A DNA stretch of 64,000 nucleotides from Escherichia phage vB_EcoM_DalCa, in sequence record NC_054908.1; one strand, written 5' to 3'. Numbering within the stretch: the stretch's first letter is position 1; each line of letters starts with the position of its first letter. The notes under the pieces were generated by a model. That model was given only the letters and a program-made list of their open reading frames with translations. It made no database searches and was not told the origin of the DNA. Shown here piece by piece: positions 8,966-18,815 of the stretch. Position numbers and translations under genes: made by a program.

Positions 8966-10779
8966 TGGTGTTTAACCCTATGCATGATTTCTTTATTTTT
9001 GCCGAGATTAAATCCGCGTTCGTTCGGATTTCCCAAATAACCACATGTTCTTCTTATTGTGTTCATCTTTTTAGGATCAGTTTCTCCACAAATAGAACAA
9101 ACAAATCCGTTTTCAGTAGGAGTCATTTCATGGGTACTTCCACATGTAAAACATTTATCTACTGGCATATTAACACCAAAATAATCTAAATGTTGTGCAG
9201 CATAATCCCATACGGCCTCAAGACCCTTTAAGTTATTTTTCATATCAGGAAGTTCAACATAAGAAATGTGGCCGCCTGTCGCAATGAAATGATATGGTGC
9301 TTCGCGAGAAATCTTTTCAAACGGAGTAATATTTTCTTCTACTGAAACATGGAAACTGTTAGTGTACCAACCTTTATCGGTAACATCCTTTACACTTCCA
9401 TATTTTTCGGTATCAAGTTTACAGAAGCGATAACAAAGGTTTTCAGCAGGAGTAGAATACAAACTAAAAGCAAACCCAGTTCTTTCAGTCCACTGTTTAA
9501 GACGAGCATTCATTTTAGTTAAAATTTCCTGTCCAATATCACGACCGACAAGAATATTCAATTCGTGAATACCAATGTATCCTAGAGACACTGAACTTCT
9601 GCCATTTTTAAATAACTCAATTATATCGTCATCAGGTTTAAGACGAACCCCGAATGCACCTTCTTGGTAAAGAATAGGAGCAACAGTCGCTTTAACTCCT
9701 TTTAAGGAACTAATTCTACACATCAAAGCTTCAAAACATAAATCCATTCGCTCATTGAACAATTCAGTAAATTTCTGTTCATTGAACTGTGTTCCAATAT
9801 AAGAATCTAATGCGATACGAGGAAGATTCAGTGTTACAACACCGAGATTATTACGTCCATCAAGAATTTCATTGCCAGTCGAATCTTTCCATACGCTCAA
9901 GAAACTACGACAACCCATTGGAGAAACAGGAATAGATGAGCCGGTGATAGCTTTATTGTTCTTAGCCGAAATGATGTCAGGATACATTCTTTTGCTTGCG
10001 CACTCTAAAGCAAGCTGCTTAATATCATAGTTCGGGTCGTCTTTATAAAGATTAACACCTTCTTCAACGAACATAACAAGTTTAGGAAAAATAGGAGTTA
10101 TCCCATCACGACCGAGACCTTTAATACGATTTTTCAGAATTGCTTTCTGAATCATTCGTTCAGTCCAGTCAGTTCCCGTACCAAATGTAATTGTTACAAA
10201 AGGAGTCTGTCCGTTTGAACTAAAGAGAGTATTTACTTCATATTCATAAGCTTGGAATGCATCGTATACGTCTTTTTCTGTTTTAGATTGAGCATAATTC
10301 AACGCATCAGCGATTTGCCATTTTTCTGCATCTTCAATATGTTTTGCATAGGTGCGTTTAACATAAGGAGAAAGTACTTCATCTACATTCGCAAAAGTCG
10401 TTCCGCCATATTGATGGGAAGCAACCTGTGCAGTAATTTGTGCCATAATTGCAGTAGCAACACCGATTGATTTAGGAGTTTCAATCTGCGCATTACCGAG
10501 CTTAAATCCGTTCTCAAGCATTCCTTTTAAATCTACTAAACAGCAATTAGTAAATGGAAGAGCAGGGGAATAATCAATATCATGGAAATGAATAATTCCG
10601 CTTTCATGCGCTTTCATAATAAAAGACGGGACCATATTTTTGGCAATGTGCTTAGACACAATACCAGCCATAAGGTCCCGTTGAGTTGGAAAAACACGAG
10701 AATCTTTATTAGCATTCTCGTTTAAAAGGTCTTTATTAGTTTTATGAATCAATCCTTCAATTTCTTTTTCAATTGTCAT
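8962..10779 (-). CDS. nrdD: Anaerobic ribonucleoside-triphosphate reductase (class III), uninterrupted
   Basis: 605 aa continuous ORF; C-terminal glycyl-radical motif RRTCGYLG and Zn-ribbon CFTCGS...CSICG. Confidence 0.95.
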   Translation of the reverse strand: MTIEKEIEGLIHKTNKDLLNENANKDSRVFPTQRDLMAGIVSKHIAKNMVPSFIMKAHESGIIHFHDIDYSPALPFTNCCLVDLKGMLENGFKLGNAQIETPKSIGVATAIMAQITAQVASHQYGGTTFANVDEVLSPYVKRTYAKHIEDAEKWQIADALNYAQSKTEKDVYDAFQAYEYEVNTLFSSNGQTPFVTITFGTGTDWTERMIQKAILKNRIKGLGRDGITPIFPKLVMFVEEGVNLYKDDPNYDIKQLALECASKRMYPDIISAKNNKAITGSSIPVSPMGCRSFLSVWKDSTGNEILDGRNNLGVVTLNLPRIALDSYIGTQFNEQKFTELFNERMDLCFEALMCRISSLKGVKATVAPILYQEGAFGVRLKPDDDIIELFKNGRSSVSLGYIGIHELNILVGRDIGQEILTKMNARLKQWTERTGFAFSLYSTPAENLCYRFCKLDTEKYGSVKDVTDKGWYTNSFHVSVEENITPFEKISREAPYHFIATGGHISYVELPDMKNNLKGLEAVWDYAAQHLDYFGVNMPVDKCFTCGSTHEMTPTENGFVCSICGETDPKKMNTIRRTCGYLGNPNERGFNLGKNKEIMHRVKHQ

Positions 10780-11249
10780 TTTAAACTCTTTCTAAGCTGC
10801 TTCTTGAATGAAGCTATTAATTGTGTTTTGGTGTCAGATTCATTATATTCAAATCCTCTTTGAAGCATCTCAGCCATCATTTCCTCTTTTCCTAAACGAG
10901 AAAATTCCTTTGATTTATCTCCAACGAAGTTAGGGTGAATATTATTTTGGGTGTAATCGGATTTTAAATAAGTAAGTAAATTTTCTAACCATTCAAGATA
11001 ATCAACCCCTTGTCCCTTTAAGCCAGAACGATTAAATTTATGCTTCATTTGACCTTCTGCGGCATTGCAGAGATTACAAAGCAATCCACGTACCTTTCCT
11101 GCTTTTGGTCCATTTAATTCATGGTCATGGTCGAGGTGATTAGCTTGAACGTCAGGATTTAGTTCTCGTTGGCAAATTAAGCATTTACCATTTTGTGCAT
11201 CATAAAATTTCTGTTTTTCTTCTTTATATAATTTGCCAGTCAATAACAT
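10776..11249 (-). CDS. 49: Endonuclease VII (Holliday-junction resolvase)
   Basis: 157 aa; recognised T4 endo VII sequence including CLICQRELNPDVQANHLDHDHE ... CNLCN. Confidence 0.9.
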   Translation of the reverse strand: MLLTGKLYKEEKQKFYDAQNGKCLICQRELNPDVQANHLDHDHELNGPKAGKVRGLLCNLCNAAEGQMKHKFNRSGLKGQGVDYLEWLENLLTYLKSDYTQNNIHPNFVGDKSKEFSRLGKEEMMAEMLQRGFEYNESDTKTQLIASFKKQLRKSLK

Positions 11250-11291
11250 AATAAAACCCTTACCTTAAATAGATAAGGGTATTTATTATTT

Positions 11292-11777
11292 TCAAGTATT
11301 GTAAAACATTTGATGCAATCGCTTATATTGCTGAATCATTCGGTCAGAAAAAGAAATTTGAGTTTCAAGCCATTCAATGTATTCTGCGGCAGCTTGCATC
11401 AGGTTACCTTCATAGCCATCGTTATTTTCTTGCGCAGCTAATTTAGCTAATGCGTATGAAATACGTTCACCTTGAAAATCGGCTTTAGGCTTCTGAACAA
11501 CTTGATTAGTTCGCTCTACAACTTCTTCAATTTCGCCATTTTCAACGGATTCAGTATTCCATAAGCACCAATACGTAATTGGCTTATCATAGATATTAAT
11601 AATCTTTCCGTCGGAAAGTTCAATTTCAATAATTCCAGTATCAGGCTCTATATCATCTTCACATTCTTTTGCAAGTTCACGAACTTTAAAGACAGTACCT
11701 GCACTAAGTTCCGGCCAGTAATTACACAGCCCTGTATCAGCACGATTAATTCTAAACCACTTATCTACTGTAATCAT
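11292..11777 (-). CDS. pin: Probable Pin (host Lon protease inhibitor)-like protein
   Basis: ORF 11292..11795 trimmed to second ATG giving 161 aa, the length I recall for T4 Pin; position downstream of 49; identity rests on synteny and size only. Confidence 0.5.
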   Translation of the reverse strand: MITVDKWFRINRADTGLCNYWPELSAGTVFKVRELAKECEDDIEPDTGIIEIELSDGKIINIYDKPITYWCLWNTESVENGEIEEVVERTNQVVQKPKADFQGERISYALAKLAAQENNDGYEGNLMQAAAEYIEWLETQISFSDRMIQQYKRLHQMFYNT

Positions 11778-11817
11778 GTCCCATCTCCATATCAATTAAG
11801 TCATTTATCGTTGGTTC

Positions 11818-11846
11818 ATTATATACTGTTTCTTCATCAGTGTAAA
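11818..11846 (-). promoter_or_regulatory. T4 early-type promoter upstream of pin-like gene
   Basis: Minus strand -35 TTTACA, 17-bp spacer, -10 TATAAT. Confidence 0.5.
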
Positions 11847-11900
11847 CCGGTTCTTCCGGCTCTGGCTCTACAGTTTCCCATCTAGCCGCCCACCAAGGTT

Positions 11901-12221
11901 TTATAGCGTAATCCATTCTCGTACTATCTGAGTTACTACACGTTCACGGGGCTCGACTAGTTCAACAGTCGGAACTGCATAATACCAGTCAGAATGATAA
12001 GAACCTGACCGAGATTCATTTACCGCTACATGTACATTATGTTTTGGACTAAAGTAAACACACTGACGATATTGGCATTTACCATCTTGCACCCAGTCTT
12101 CTATTTCGATAGGTTTAAGATAGTCGGAAAAATCGAAATCATAGTTTTCCGAAAATGCATCATGGTCTTCAATAATTTCGCTCAGAACTGCATCAACATC
12201 TAATTTATTTTCAATAGTCAT
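11901..12221 (-). CDS. Hypothetical protein
   Basis: 106-aa acidic ORF. Confidence 0.5.
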   Translation of the reverse strand: MTIENKLDVDAVLSEIIEDHDAFSENYDFDFSDYLKPIEIEDWVQDGKCQYRQCVYFSPKHNVHVAVNESRSGSYHSDWYYAVPTVELVEPRERVVTQIVREWITL

Positions 12222-12231
12222 TTTTCACCAA

Positions 12232-12441
12232 TTAATTTCGCAATTTATTAAGTTCTTCATCATCAATCCAGGATTCTAGTCCTGATGGCAGGTCACATTC
12301 AATTTCCCAAAGAAGTTCTTCAATTTTCTGAAGACGATCTAGTTCTTCGGCTGGAATAGTAACCATTGACGGAGCTCGTGATACATTAATATCGTAAATC
12401 ATATTTACCCCAGTTTGACCATACAATCGCCGTATTTCCAC
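12232..12441 (-). CDS. Hypothetical protein
   Basis: 69-aa ORF. Confidence 0.45.
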   Translation of the reverse strand: MEIRRLYGQTGVNMIYDINVSRAPSMVTIPAEELDRLQKIEELLWEIECDLPSGLESWIDDEELNKLRN

Positions 12442-12620
12442 TTAGAAATAGACTTTTCACCATTAGAATAATAAACTTCAAGTTTAGCACGATTATTTTT
12501 AATTTGAATAACCTTTGCTGTCATCAAAGTTCCATACCCATAATAAACTGCAACTTCATCACCTACATATACCGCGATTCCGCGGTAATCGTGAATATAG
12601 TCAGTTCCTTCGAGCATCAT
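12405..12620 (-). CDS. Hypothetical protein
   Basis: 71-aa ORF immediately downstream of nrdC. Confidence 0.45.
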   Translation of the reverse strand: MMLEGTDYIHDYRGIAVYVGDEVAVYYGYGTLMTAKVIQIKNNRAKLEVYYSNGEKSISKWKYGDCMVKLG

Positions 12621-12880
12621 TTAAAATATTCTCGCAGTTGGTCAAATCCACCAATATGACTTCCATCAGGAGCAAATACCTGGGGCATTGTCAAGCCGAT
12701 TTGAGTATCACGACCTAGTTTAGTTAGAAGCTCAGCGATTTTCTCATCATCAAAAACACCTTTTTCCGGCATAATGTTGATAAATTCAAACGGCTGTTTC
12801 TTCACGGTCAAAAGACGTTTTGCATTATCACAATACACACATTTATGGATGTTGCTATCATAACCATATACTTTAAACAT
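12617..12880 (-). CDS. nrdC: Glutaredoxin (phage thioredoxin)
   Basis: 87 aa; CVYC active site; recognised T4 NrdC sequence MFKVYGYDSNIHKCVYCDNAKRLL. Confidence 0.85.
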   Translation of the reverse strand: MFKVYGYDSNIHKCVYCDNAKRLLTVKKQPFEFINIMPEKGVFDDEKIAELLTKLGRDTQIGLTMPQVFAPDGSHIGGFDQLREYFK

Positions 12881-12881
12881 A

Positions 12882-13139
12882 TTATTCCTTAATTCCTAGT
12901 ACTTGTTTAAAAGTCTCGTCGTAATCAAGACTTTGGCCCGTTTGTTCTTTATGTTTGTATATAATATCACTTACTTCTGATAGCATATTTTTATATGAAC
13001 GAGTTAAAGCAGATTTAAGCACGCTGTATCTATCAGGAAATTTACCATGTTCATTATAATAAGCTATTGCTAATTCACGGACTGCCTTTTCAGCAGTCTC
13101 CATATATTCTTTACGCTTGGTCATTTTCTTCTCGGTCAA
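12882..13139 (-). CDS. Hypothetical protein
   Basis: 85-aa ORF, 1 nt from nrdC. Confidence 0.5.
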
Positions 13140-13407
13140 ATCGGTGTTTACAATGGCGACATTTATAACGAAGATTATTAGTCTGCCAATGAACTAATTG
13201 TACCTGTTCAGTACCGCATTCAGGACAATTAGGAACGTTTTTAGAAGCCCTTTCGCGACGCTTAACCATAGCCATAATGGCATCCCATGCTGGAGGTTTA
13301 AAATCTAAATCGTCAGTAACTAGCAGTCCTTTATCAAACCCAGCGCATGGAGTCCATTCAGGAAAATCTGAAGCTTCGGCAATATCTTCTAATAAACGCT
13401 TTTTCAT
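13111..13407 (-). CDS. Hypothetical zinc-ribbon protein
   Basis: 98 aa; CPECG...CRHCKH four-Cys ribbon. Confidence 0.5.
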
Positions 13408-14330
13408 TTCAGTACCTCAATAGCATCACGTAAACCATTTGCTTTGGCGGTTAAAGCCTTAAGAACTTTAGTATGCTCTTCAATCTGTTTTTCAACTTCA
13501 ATCAAACGAGCACTGAGATATTCGCGTTCTTCTTTCATAGTATCATTCCCACGATTGGGCTTTGGTGTAGGTTTAAATTCACTAGGGTCCTTTAATTTAA
13601 TAACAAATTTAGTTTCAAACAGTGAAAGACCATAATTCGTATTATCATCAAAGGATTTGACTACATCCATATCAGATAATAACGTACGAAGATTATAAGT
13701 CAAAGAACGAATCGTTTTATTATGTTTATTAGCTTCACACGGTTTCATATATGGAAGATTTTTATATATCTCATTCGGAGCGCAAACGATAATTGACAAT
13801 TCAAATTGTCCATTCTGGGACGATGGAATGAATTTAGCCGTAACCCAGTCTTTTACATTCACATTAATAGTACGGTTATCACCATGACAAAACAGTCTAC
13901 GAGAATGCTTAAAAAGCATATTCACGTTATTATTGAATTCGTGTGAAAATTCACTAGCAAATTTTTCTTTACTATTTTTAGAAAACCATTCTTCTAAATA
14001 AGTTCTTTTCACGTCATTAATAATATTAAATGTAACAACATTAGCATTTGATACATTAGTCTCAATGTAGCTTGGATACATAAATTTTTTAACATTATTA
14101 ACAGCTATCACAGAAGATAGTAATCGGGAACGTTTAAACCATTCAAGCAAATTGCCTAACGAATGAGAATACGCATTTTGTGTATCTTTACAAATATGGT
14201 TTTCCCATCCAATATAGTCTAAAAAATCACGAAGAATATTATTGATTACTGCTCTGTGTCCTATCTGATAATTACGATGTTTAGTAATAAGACTGTCAAA
14301 ATAATCAATATAATGTTTACGAGTTTTCAT
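13404..14330 (-). CDS. Hypothetical protein with C-terminal coiled-coil (paralog family member)
   Basis: 308 aa; C-terminal ~40 aa heptad-like E/K-rich segment after a Pro-containing linker. Confidence 0.55.
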   Translation of the reverse strand: MKTRKHYIDYFDSLITKHRNYQIGHRAVINNILRDFLDYIGWENHICKDTQNAYSHSLGNLLEWFKRSRLLSSVIAVNNVKKFMYPSYIETNVSNANVVTFNIINDVKRTYLEEWFSKNSKEKFASEFSHEFNNNVNMLFKHSRRLFCHGDNRTINVNVKDWVTAKFIPSSQNGQFELSIIVCAPNEIYKNLPYMKPCEANKHNKTIRSLTYNLRTLLSDMDVVKSFDDNTNYGLSLFETKFVIKLKDPSEFKPTPKPNRGNDTMKEEREYLSARLIEVEKQIEEHTKVLKALTAKANGLRDAIEVLK

Positions 14331-14382
14331 GTTCTTCTCACTTGGTTAATGATTTATACTCCGAGCCATCCTTGGCTTTAAA

Positions 14383-15381
14383 TTACTTAATTAACTGTAA
14401 AGCTTGTTCAAGACGATCCAGGCGATTAACAGATTCTTCCCAAATCCTTTTAGCCTGCTCATATTCTTTCTGCGCTTTATTAGAAATTTCTAGAACTTCT
14501 TTATAAGCTTTTTCTAATGCAATAACTTCTGGACGAATTTCTACCGGTTCAGGTGAATCATCAAGATTATCCATTAGTTCCTCAAGGGTAGTTTCTTCTT
14601 TAGGAGTATTCACAATTTCATCACATTTTTGTTGGTAAATTTCTTTATCAGTAGGTGAATAAGCACATTTCACTTCACGAAGGCTAATTATGAGTTTATA
14701 TCCTTCCCAACCGCATATATTTTTAAAAGGATATGTATGAATATTTTCTACTGTTTCCATACAAAGTAATGCGGTCTCTAACTGACGAGTTATATCACTA
14801 GCAATTGAGAAAAATTTATTAATATTCTTTTGGTTAGCGTTTGGTGTAAAAAATCCATAATTCACAAAAATAGCTACTTTATTTTCATCAAGCTCATATT
14901 CTTTTACGATAATCATATCAGAAGCCAAAGGATGAATTTGACGATAATCGCCATAACATAATTTAGAAGCTGATTTTAGAATTTGTCCTTTGAAAAGTCT
15001 GAAATTACTAATCCAACGACGAGTAAAAATATTCTCAGGGGCTTCTTTATTAAGATGATAAGAATTAACATCACCGAACCAATTATATCCTACTACATCT
15101 TTGGTTCGTTTAATTTCTTTCCCAAAATTACCAAGAATATCCCGATTAACCAAATATGAAAGAAGACGAGATCCTTTAAAGGTTTTCTTAATGGCATCTT
15201 TATTTGTACGACTAGAAATTTCATGAACTTCATGAATAAATTTGCCGGAAGAAACAATACTTGCATCAATATTATTGAGCCATTGATTGATAATAGAAAG
15301 AACACTATTTTGGCCAAACAGCGGTATAACTTTATCATCAATAACGCTATTGAATGATTTGATATATTCGTTACGAGTCAT
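14383..15381 (-). CDS. Hypothetical protein with C-terminal coiled-coil (paralog family member)
   Basis: ORF 14383..15411 trimmed to ATG (MTRNEYI) preceded by GAGGAG; the longer ORF would overlap an early-type promoter. Confidence 0.55.
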   Translation of the reverse strand: MTRNEYIKSFNSVIDDKVIPLFGQNSVLSIINQWLNNIDASIVSSGKFIHEVHEISSRTNKDAIKKTFKGSRLLSYLVNRDILGNFGKEIKRTKDVVGYNWFGDVNSYHLNKEAPENIFTRRWISNFRLFKGQILKSASKLCYGDYRQIHPLASDMIIVKEYELDENKVAIFVNYGFFTPNANQKNINKFFSIASDITRQLETALLCMETVENIHTYPFKNICGWEGYKLIISLREVKCAYSPTDKEIYQQKCDEIVNTPKEETTLEELMDNLDDSPEPVEIRPEVIALEKAYKEVLEISNKAQKEYEQAKRIWEESVNRLDRLEQALQLIK

Positions 15382-15409
15382 ATTAATCTCCTCAGTAGAA
15401 AGTAAGAAC

Positions 15410-15438
15410 ATTATACCACATCCTTGTGGCGAAGTAAA
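15410..15438 (-). promoter_or_regulatory. T4 early-type promoter upstream of 14383..15381
   Basis: Minus strand -35 GTTTACT, 17-bp spacer, TGG-TATAAT extended -10. Confidence 0.5.
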
Positions 15439-16458
15439 CTAGTTCAGTGCATTTAGTGCGTTGTTCAGTTTAGAACGTTGCTTCGTGAGATTTTTGACTT
15501 TTTCTTGAGCTTTTTCTAGCATCTTTTCAGCTTCTAGCACTTCATTGGTCGCTTTAACGAGTTCATCATCTACTGCCTTGATAGACTTCTCAATCGCATC
15601 CGCGTGCCATTTTTCAACAGGTTTAAGACTCGGATTTTCAATAGGAAGAAAATTCACTTTATTGAATTTCCATGCATCTTTATTGCCTGAACTATACATC
15701 CAAAATTTAGGATCGTTTGATGAGTAATTAGATAAATTTAAGTTATCTTGCACTTCTTGCTTTTTCTCTTGCGGGACTTCATCCTTTCTCAAAAAATCGT
15801 ATTTAAATGAAACGATCATATCAAGTTCATATGTTGTTGTATGTTCCCAATTTCGCTCAAAACGAGGTAAAATCTTAGAATGAACAGCGGCAACAACATC
15901 CATATACTTAAATGCTTCTGTCAACTGCGATTTAAGGCATTCGCAAATTGAAAGAGAATTTTTTGTATTAGGTTTAAAGCTAATTCGTGCAGTTCTATTA
16001 TTTTCTTTTAATGGTCTTACTTCCATCTGAAGAGTATAACCATCAAATTTCAGGTTCTTTAAGTTAATGTCAGAACCTTTTAATCGACTAGCCGTCGACA
16101 AAATTTGCTTTAATTGTTTACGGAATAGAGCAATAAATCTCCATTCAAGACGATAATGATTTGGATTAAAAAATCCTGTTGATAAATCAACCTTACTCTG
16201 ACCAACGCCTTGAACAAATAGAGGATTTTTATAATCAATAGTTTTACAGAAATCGGTGAGCTGCTCACGAGCAGTCATTTGTGTAATATATCCCGCTTTA
16301 CTAAAATGACGTAACCATTCACTGCTATTCATATACTTAAAGTGAATATCACGATTAACTTTATCAGGGTCTAAATTATTTTCACACAAAAATGTCATAA
16401 CATCACGAGTATAGCTGGCATTACGAACCATATCTTCAATTTGAGAACGAGTTTTCAT
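15439..16458 (-). CDS. Hypothetical protein with C-terminal coiled-coil (paralog family member)
   Basis: 339 aa; C-terminal coiled-coil-like tail. Confidence 0.55.
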   Translation of the reverse strand: MKTRSQIEDMVRNASYTRDVMTFLCENNLDPDKVNRDIHFKYMNSSEWLRHFSKAGYITQMTAREQLTDFCKTIDYKNPLFVQGVGQSKVDLSTGFFNPNHYRLEWRFIALFRKQLKQILSTASRLKGSDINLKNLKFDGYTLQMEVRPLKENNRTARISFKPNTKNSLSICECLKSQLTEAFKYMDVVAAVHSKILPRFERNWEHTTTYELDMIVSFKYDFLRKDEVPQEKKQEVQDNLNLSNYSSNDPKFWMYSSGNKDAWKFNKVNFLPIENPSLKPVEKWHADAIEKSIKAVDDELVKATNEVLEAEKMLEKAQEKVKNLTKQRSKLNNALNALN

Positions 16459-16466
16459 AGTGTTCC

Positions 16467-17375
16467 TTAAGATTTAAGTAAATCAACAATTTTAATTAAC
16501 TTTTCACGCTCAGATTTAGCTTTACTACTCAATCCAGATAGTCTGAAAATTTCATCGTCATATTGTTGAATAGAAATATTCAGCTCTTCAATTTGCTTAT
16601 TAAAATAATCAATTTGTTCAGAATGTTTTTCATTACTACAAACTGGTACAGGTTTTGTAGGTAATTTAGTTGAACTGGATTCATCCGGGCGATAAATTAA
16701 AATACAACTTGAACCAATAGGACATTTTACACCAGACGAATATTCTAATGTTCCAGATTCTTTTAAAACTTCAAAAGCTAAACAGAGATGATGCCCCATA
16801 TTGACATAATCTGTAGAGTGAGCTCTGATATAATAATCATCGCCGCGAATACTAAATTTAAAGCATTTAAGGTCTTCTGTATTATTGGTCTTAAAAATCA
16901 TTTGTTTATCTAGACCTTTAGCTAATCGAGCGCCTAATGCTAATAATCGTCGTTGATTTTCCCACAAATCCGCAATCATTTGATCGAATGATAATTTCGG
17001 CATTAGTCGACCATAAAGGTCGTATCCTTTATTATAATTGCGAAGGATTTCACTCGCATTAATACGAGACAATGCTCCAATTTTATTAAGGGCTTTCATA
17101 ATGCGATTAGATAAACCCATTCCAGACCCGTTTGTTCGCTGTAAATGTTTTTCTAATCCAAATCCAATATCAACTTTAAACTTATCTAAAATTTCTGCAT
17201 GAACATCTCTGTCAATAACATTCAAATCCAAAGTTGGGTTAAATCTATGAAAAAATTTATCTGGCTCTCCACGACGAAGTACAGTCCATTCATTCAATTT
17301 TTTATTAACTAAAGATTTAATTACTGCATTGACATTATTAATTACTACTGACATATTTTCCTCACTCAATTTCAA
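16467..17375 (-). CDS. Hypothetical protein with C-terminal coiled-coil (paralog family member)
   Basis: 302 aa; C-terminal coiled-coil-like tail. Confidence 0.55.
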   Translation of the reverse strand: MKLSEENMSVVINNVNAVIKSLVNKKLNEWTVLRRGEPDKFFHRFNPTLDLNVIDRDVHAEILDKFKVDIGFGLEKHLQRTNGSGMGLSNRIMKALNKIGALSRINASEILRNYNKGYDLYGRLMPKLSFDQMIADLWENQRRLLALGARLAKGLDKQMIFKTNNTEDLKCFKFSIRGDDYYIRAHSTDYVNMGHHLCLAFEVLKESGTLEYSSGVKCPIGSSCILIYRPDESSSTKLPTKPVPVCSNEKHSEQIDYFNKQIEELNISIQQYDDEIFRLSGLSSKAKSEREKLIKIVDLLKS

Positions 17376-17769
17376 TTTTACTAAATACGCAGAATATGAT
17401 GGAAAAAACTATATAAGCACCGCATACAGATTGAACTAATACCATTCCAAAGAACCAAACAATATTATCAAACAATGTCTGTTTTACGTCGAAAGGACGT
17501 AAACTTACAGTAATATTATCACCTTTTTCTATTGAAGAATACATCTCTGGTGAAATATATTCGCTAAATCTATAACCATCATTCAGCTCATATACAGCAA
17601 TAAACGATAAACTAGACCCCTTTCCTTGTGTTCCTGTAAAGGTATTAACTACAGTAACATCATAATCTTTATAATGCATATAATCATTAATTGCGTAATA
17701 ACCATATGCAATTACTATACATAAACAACATATCAATAAATTCAATCTTTTAATTATCAACTGTTTCAT
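17362..17769 (-). CDS. Hypothetical membrane protein
   Basis: 135 aa; N-terminal and C-terminal hydrophobic helices. Confidence 0.5.
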   Translation of the reverse strand: MKQLIIKRLNLLICCLCIVIAYGYYAINDYMHYKDYDVTVVNTFTGTQGKGSSLSFIAVYELNDGYRFSEYISPEMYSSIEKGDNITVSLRPFDVKQTLFDNIVWFFGMVLVQSVCGAYIVFSIIFCVFSKIEIE

Positions 17770-17824
17770 AATAATCTCAATTAAAAGGGCTTAGAACCAT
17801 TATACCATCCTTGGTATAAAGCGG

Positions 17825-18352
17825 TTATGCGAGTACCGTCTTTAACCGTTCTTCAAACTTCCGAAGAGTATTTTGGCGTTCAGCTCTTTGCTTTTTGTAA
17901 GTTTCAATACGCTCTGAAATGAGAGTGTATCGTTCATTTACTGATTCTTTCATAAAATCAGGAATTTCACGAGAAGCTTTAATCTCATCAAATTTATCAA
18001 TAACAGCTTGCTCTTCAGCAATTAAGTTATCATACATCAAAATATCTTTCTTGATGAACTCAATATCTTCTTGAGTTACACGAGATAACTTAGATGCTTT
18101 ATCCTTTTTGTACTGTTCGTTAGTATCACGAGACCAATGTAATGTACGATTTTTATTCGTATTTTTGTAAATTTCTACAATACCAATCTCATCAATAATA
18201 ACGATCCAATTCCAACGGGATTTGTAAATTTGTCCTCCATCAACCGCGATTTCACCACCGATTGAGACATCATTAAAGAACTTGCTTTGAGCTTCAGATT
18301 TAAATTTACCATCATTGTAGTTTACTAAGTTGAAAATATCTTTAGCATTCAT
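17825..18352 (-). CDS. Hypothetical protein with C-terminal coiled-coil
   Basis: ORF 17825..18412 trimmed to ATG (MNAKDIF) preceded by GGAGG; the upstream 20 codons lie in a conserved promoter module. Confidence 0.5.
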   Translation of the reverse strand: MNAKDIFNLVNYNDGKFKSEAQSKFFNDVSIGGEIAVDGGQIYKSRWNWIVIIDEIGIVEIYKNTNKNRTLHWSRDTNEQYKKDKASKLSRVTQEDIEFIKKDILMYDNLIAEEQAVIDKFDEIKASREIPDFMKESVNERYTLISERIETYKKQRAERQNTLRKFEERLKTVLA

Positions 18353-18380
18353 TTTCTGTTCCTCCGTAGTTGATAGTTGT

Positions 18381-18409
18381 ATAGTATCACAGAGGAACAG
18401 TCTTGTAAA
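18381..18409 (-). promoter_or_regulatory. T4 early-type promoter module upstream of 17825..18352
   Basis: Conserved module TGATAGTTGTATAGTATCAC...TGTAAACAAC on plus; minus -35 GTTTACA, 17-bp spacer, -10 TACTAT. Confidence 0.5.
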
Positions 18410-18412
18410 CAA

Positions 18413-18727
18413 CTAAAAGAAACTTCTTTCACAATTTTTTCCACTAAACCATGCGCTCACTGCTTTCTTAGTCTCAGGAGCAGTGTTATCCATAAACCAT
18501 TCAAAGGCAGCCTTTTTATGATTCTGGAGGGCTTCTCGGGCTTTAATCTGCTCACGGTCTATTAACACTAACATATGAGCCTTTCTTGTCACCAAGGGCT
18601 TCTTATGATTTTTTGAATACTCCCAATCATTTGTCCATCGCATCGTTGTTGCGAACTGAAATACTGCTTCTTTAATTTTAGTTTCGTAAATTTCACGAGC
18701 CTTTGAGTATAACATCATTACCTCCAT
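18413..18727 (-). CDS. Hypothetical protein
   Basis: 104-aa ORF. Confidence 0.5.
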   Translation of the reverse strand: MEVMMLYSKAREIYETKIKEAVFQFATTMRWTNDWEYSKNHKKPLVTRKAHMLVLIDREQIKAREALQNHKKAAFEWFMDNTAPETKKAVSAWFSGKNCERSFF

Positions 18728-18815
18728 TTACCAGTTTAATTCTAGTCATTTTTTGATGGCAGTCCATATAATCTATTTCTGAACTGCCTTTTTATCTTAG
18801 AAGGCCTCTTATGAA

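Noticed and set aside
10776-11249. HNH-like Cys/His motifs as evidence of a homing endonuclease
   Set aside because: The sequence is recognisable as endonuclease VII (gene 49), a resolvase, not a mobile homing endonuclease.
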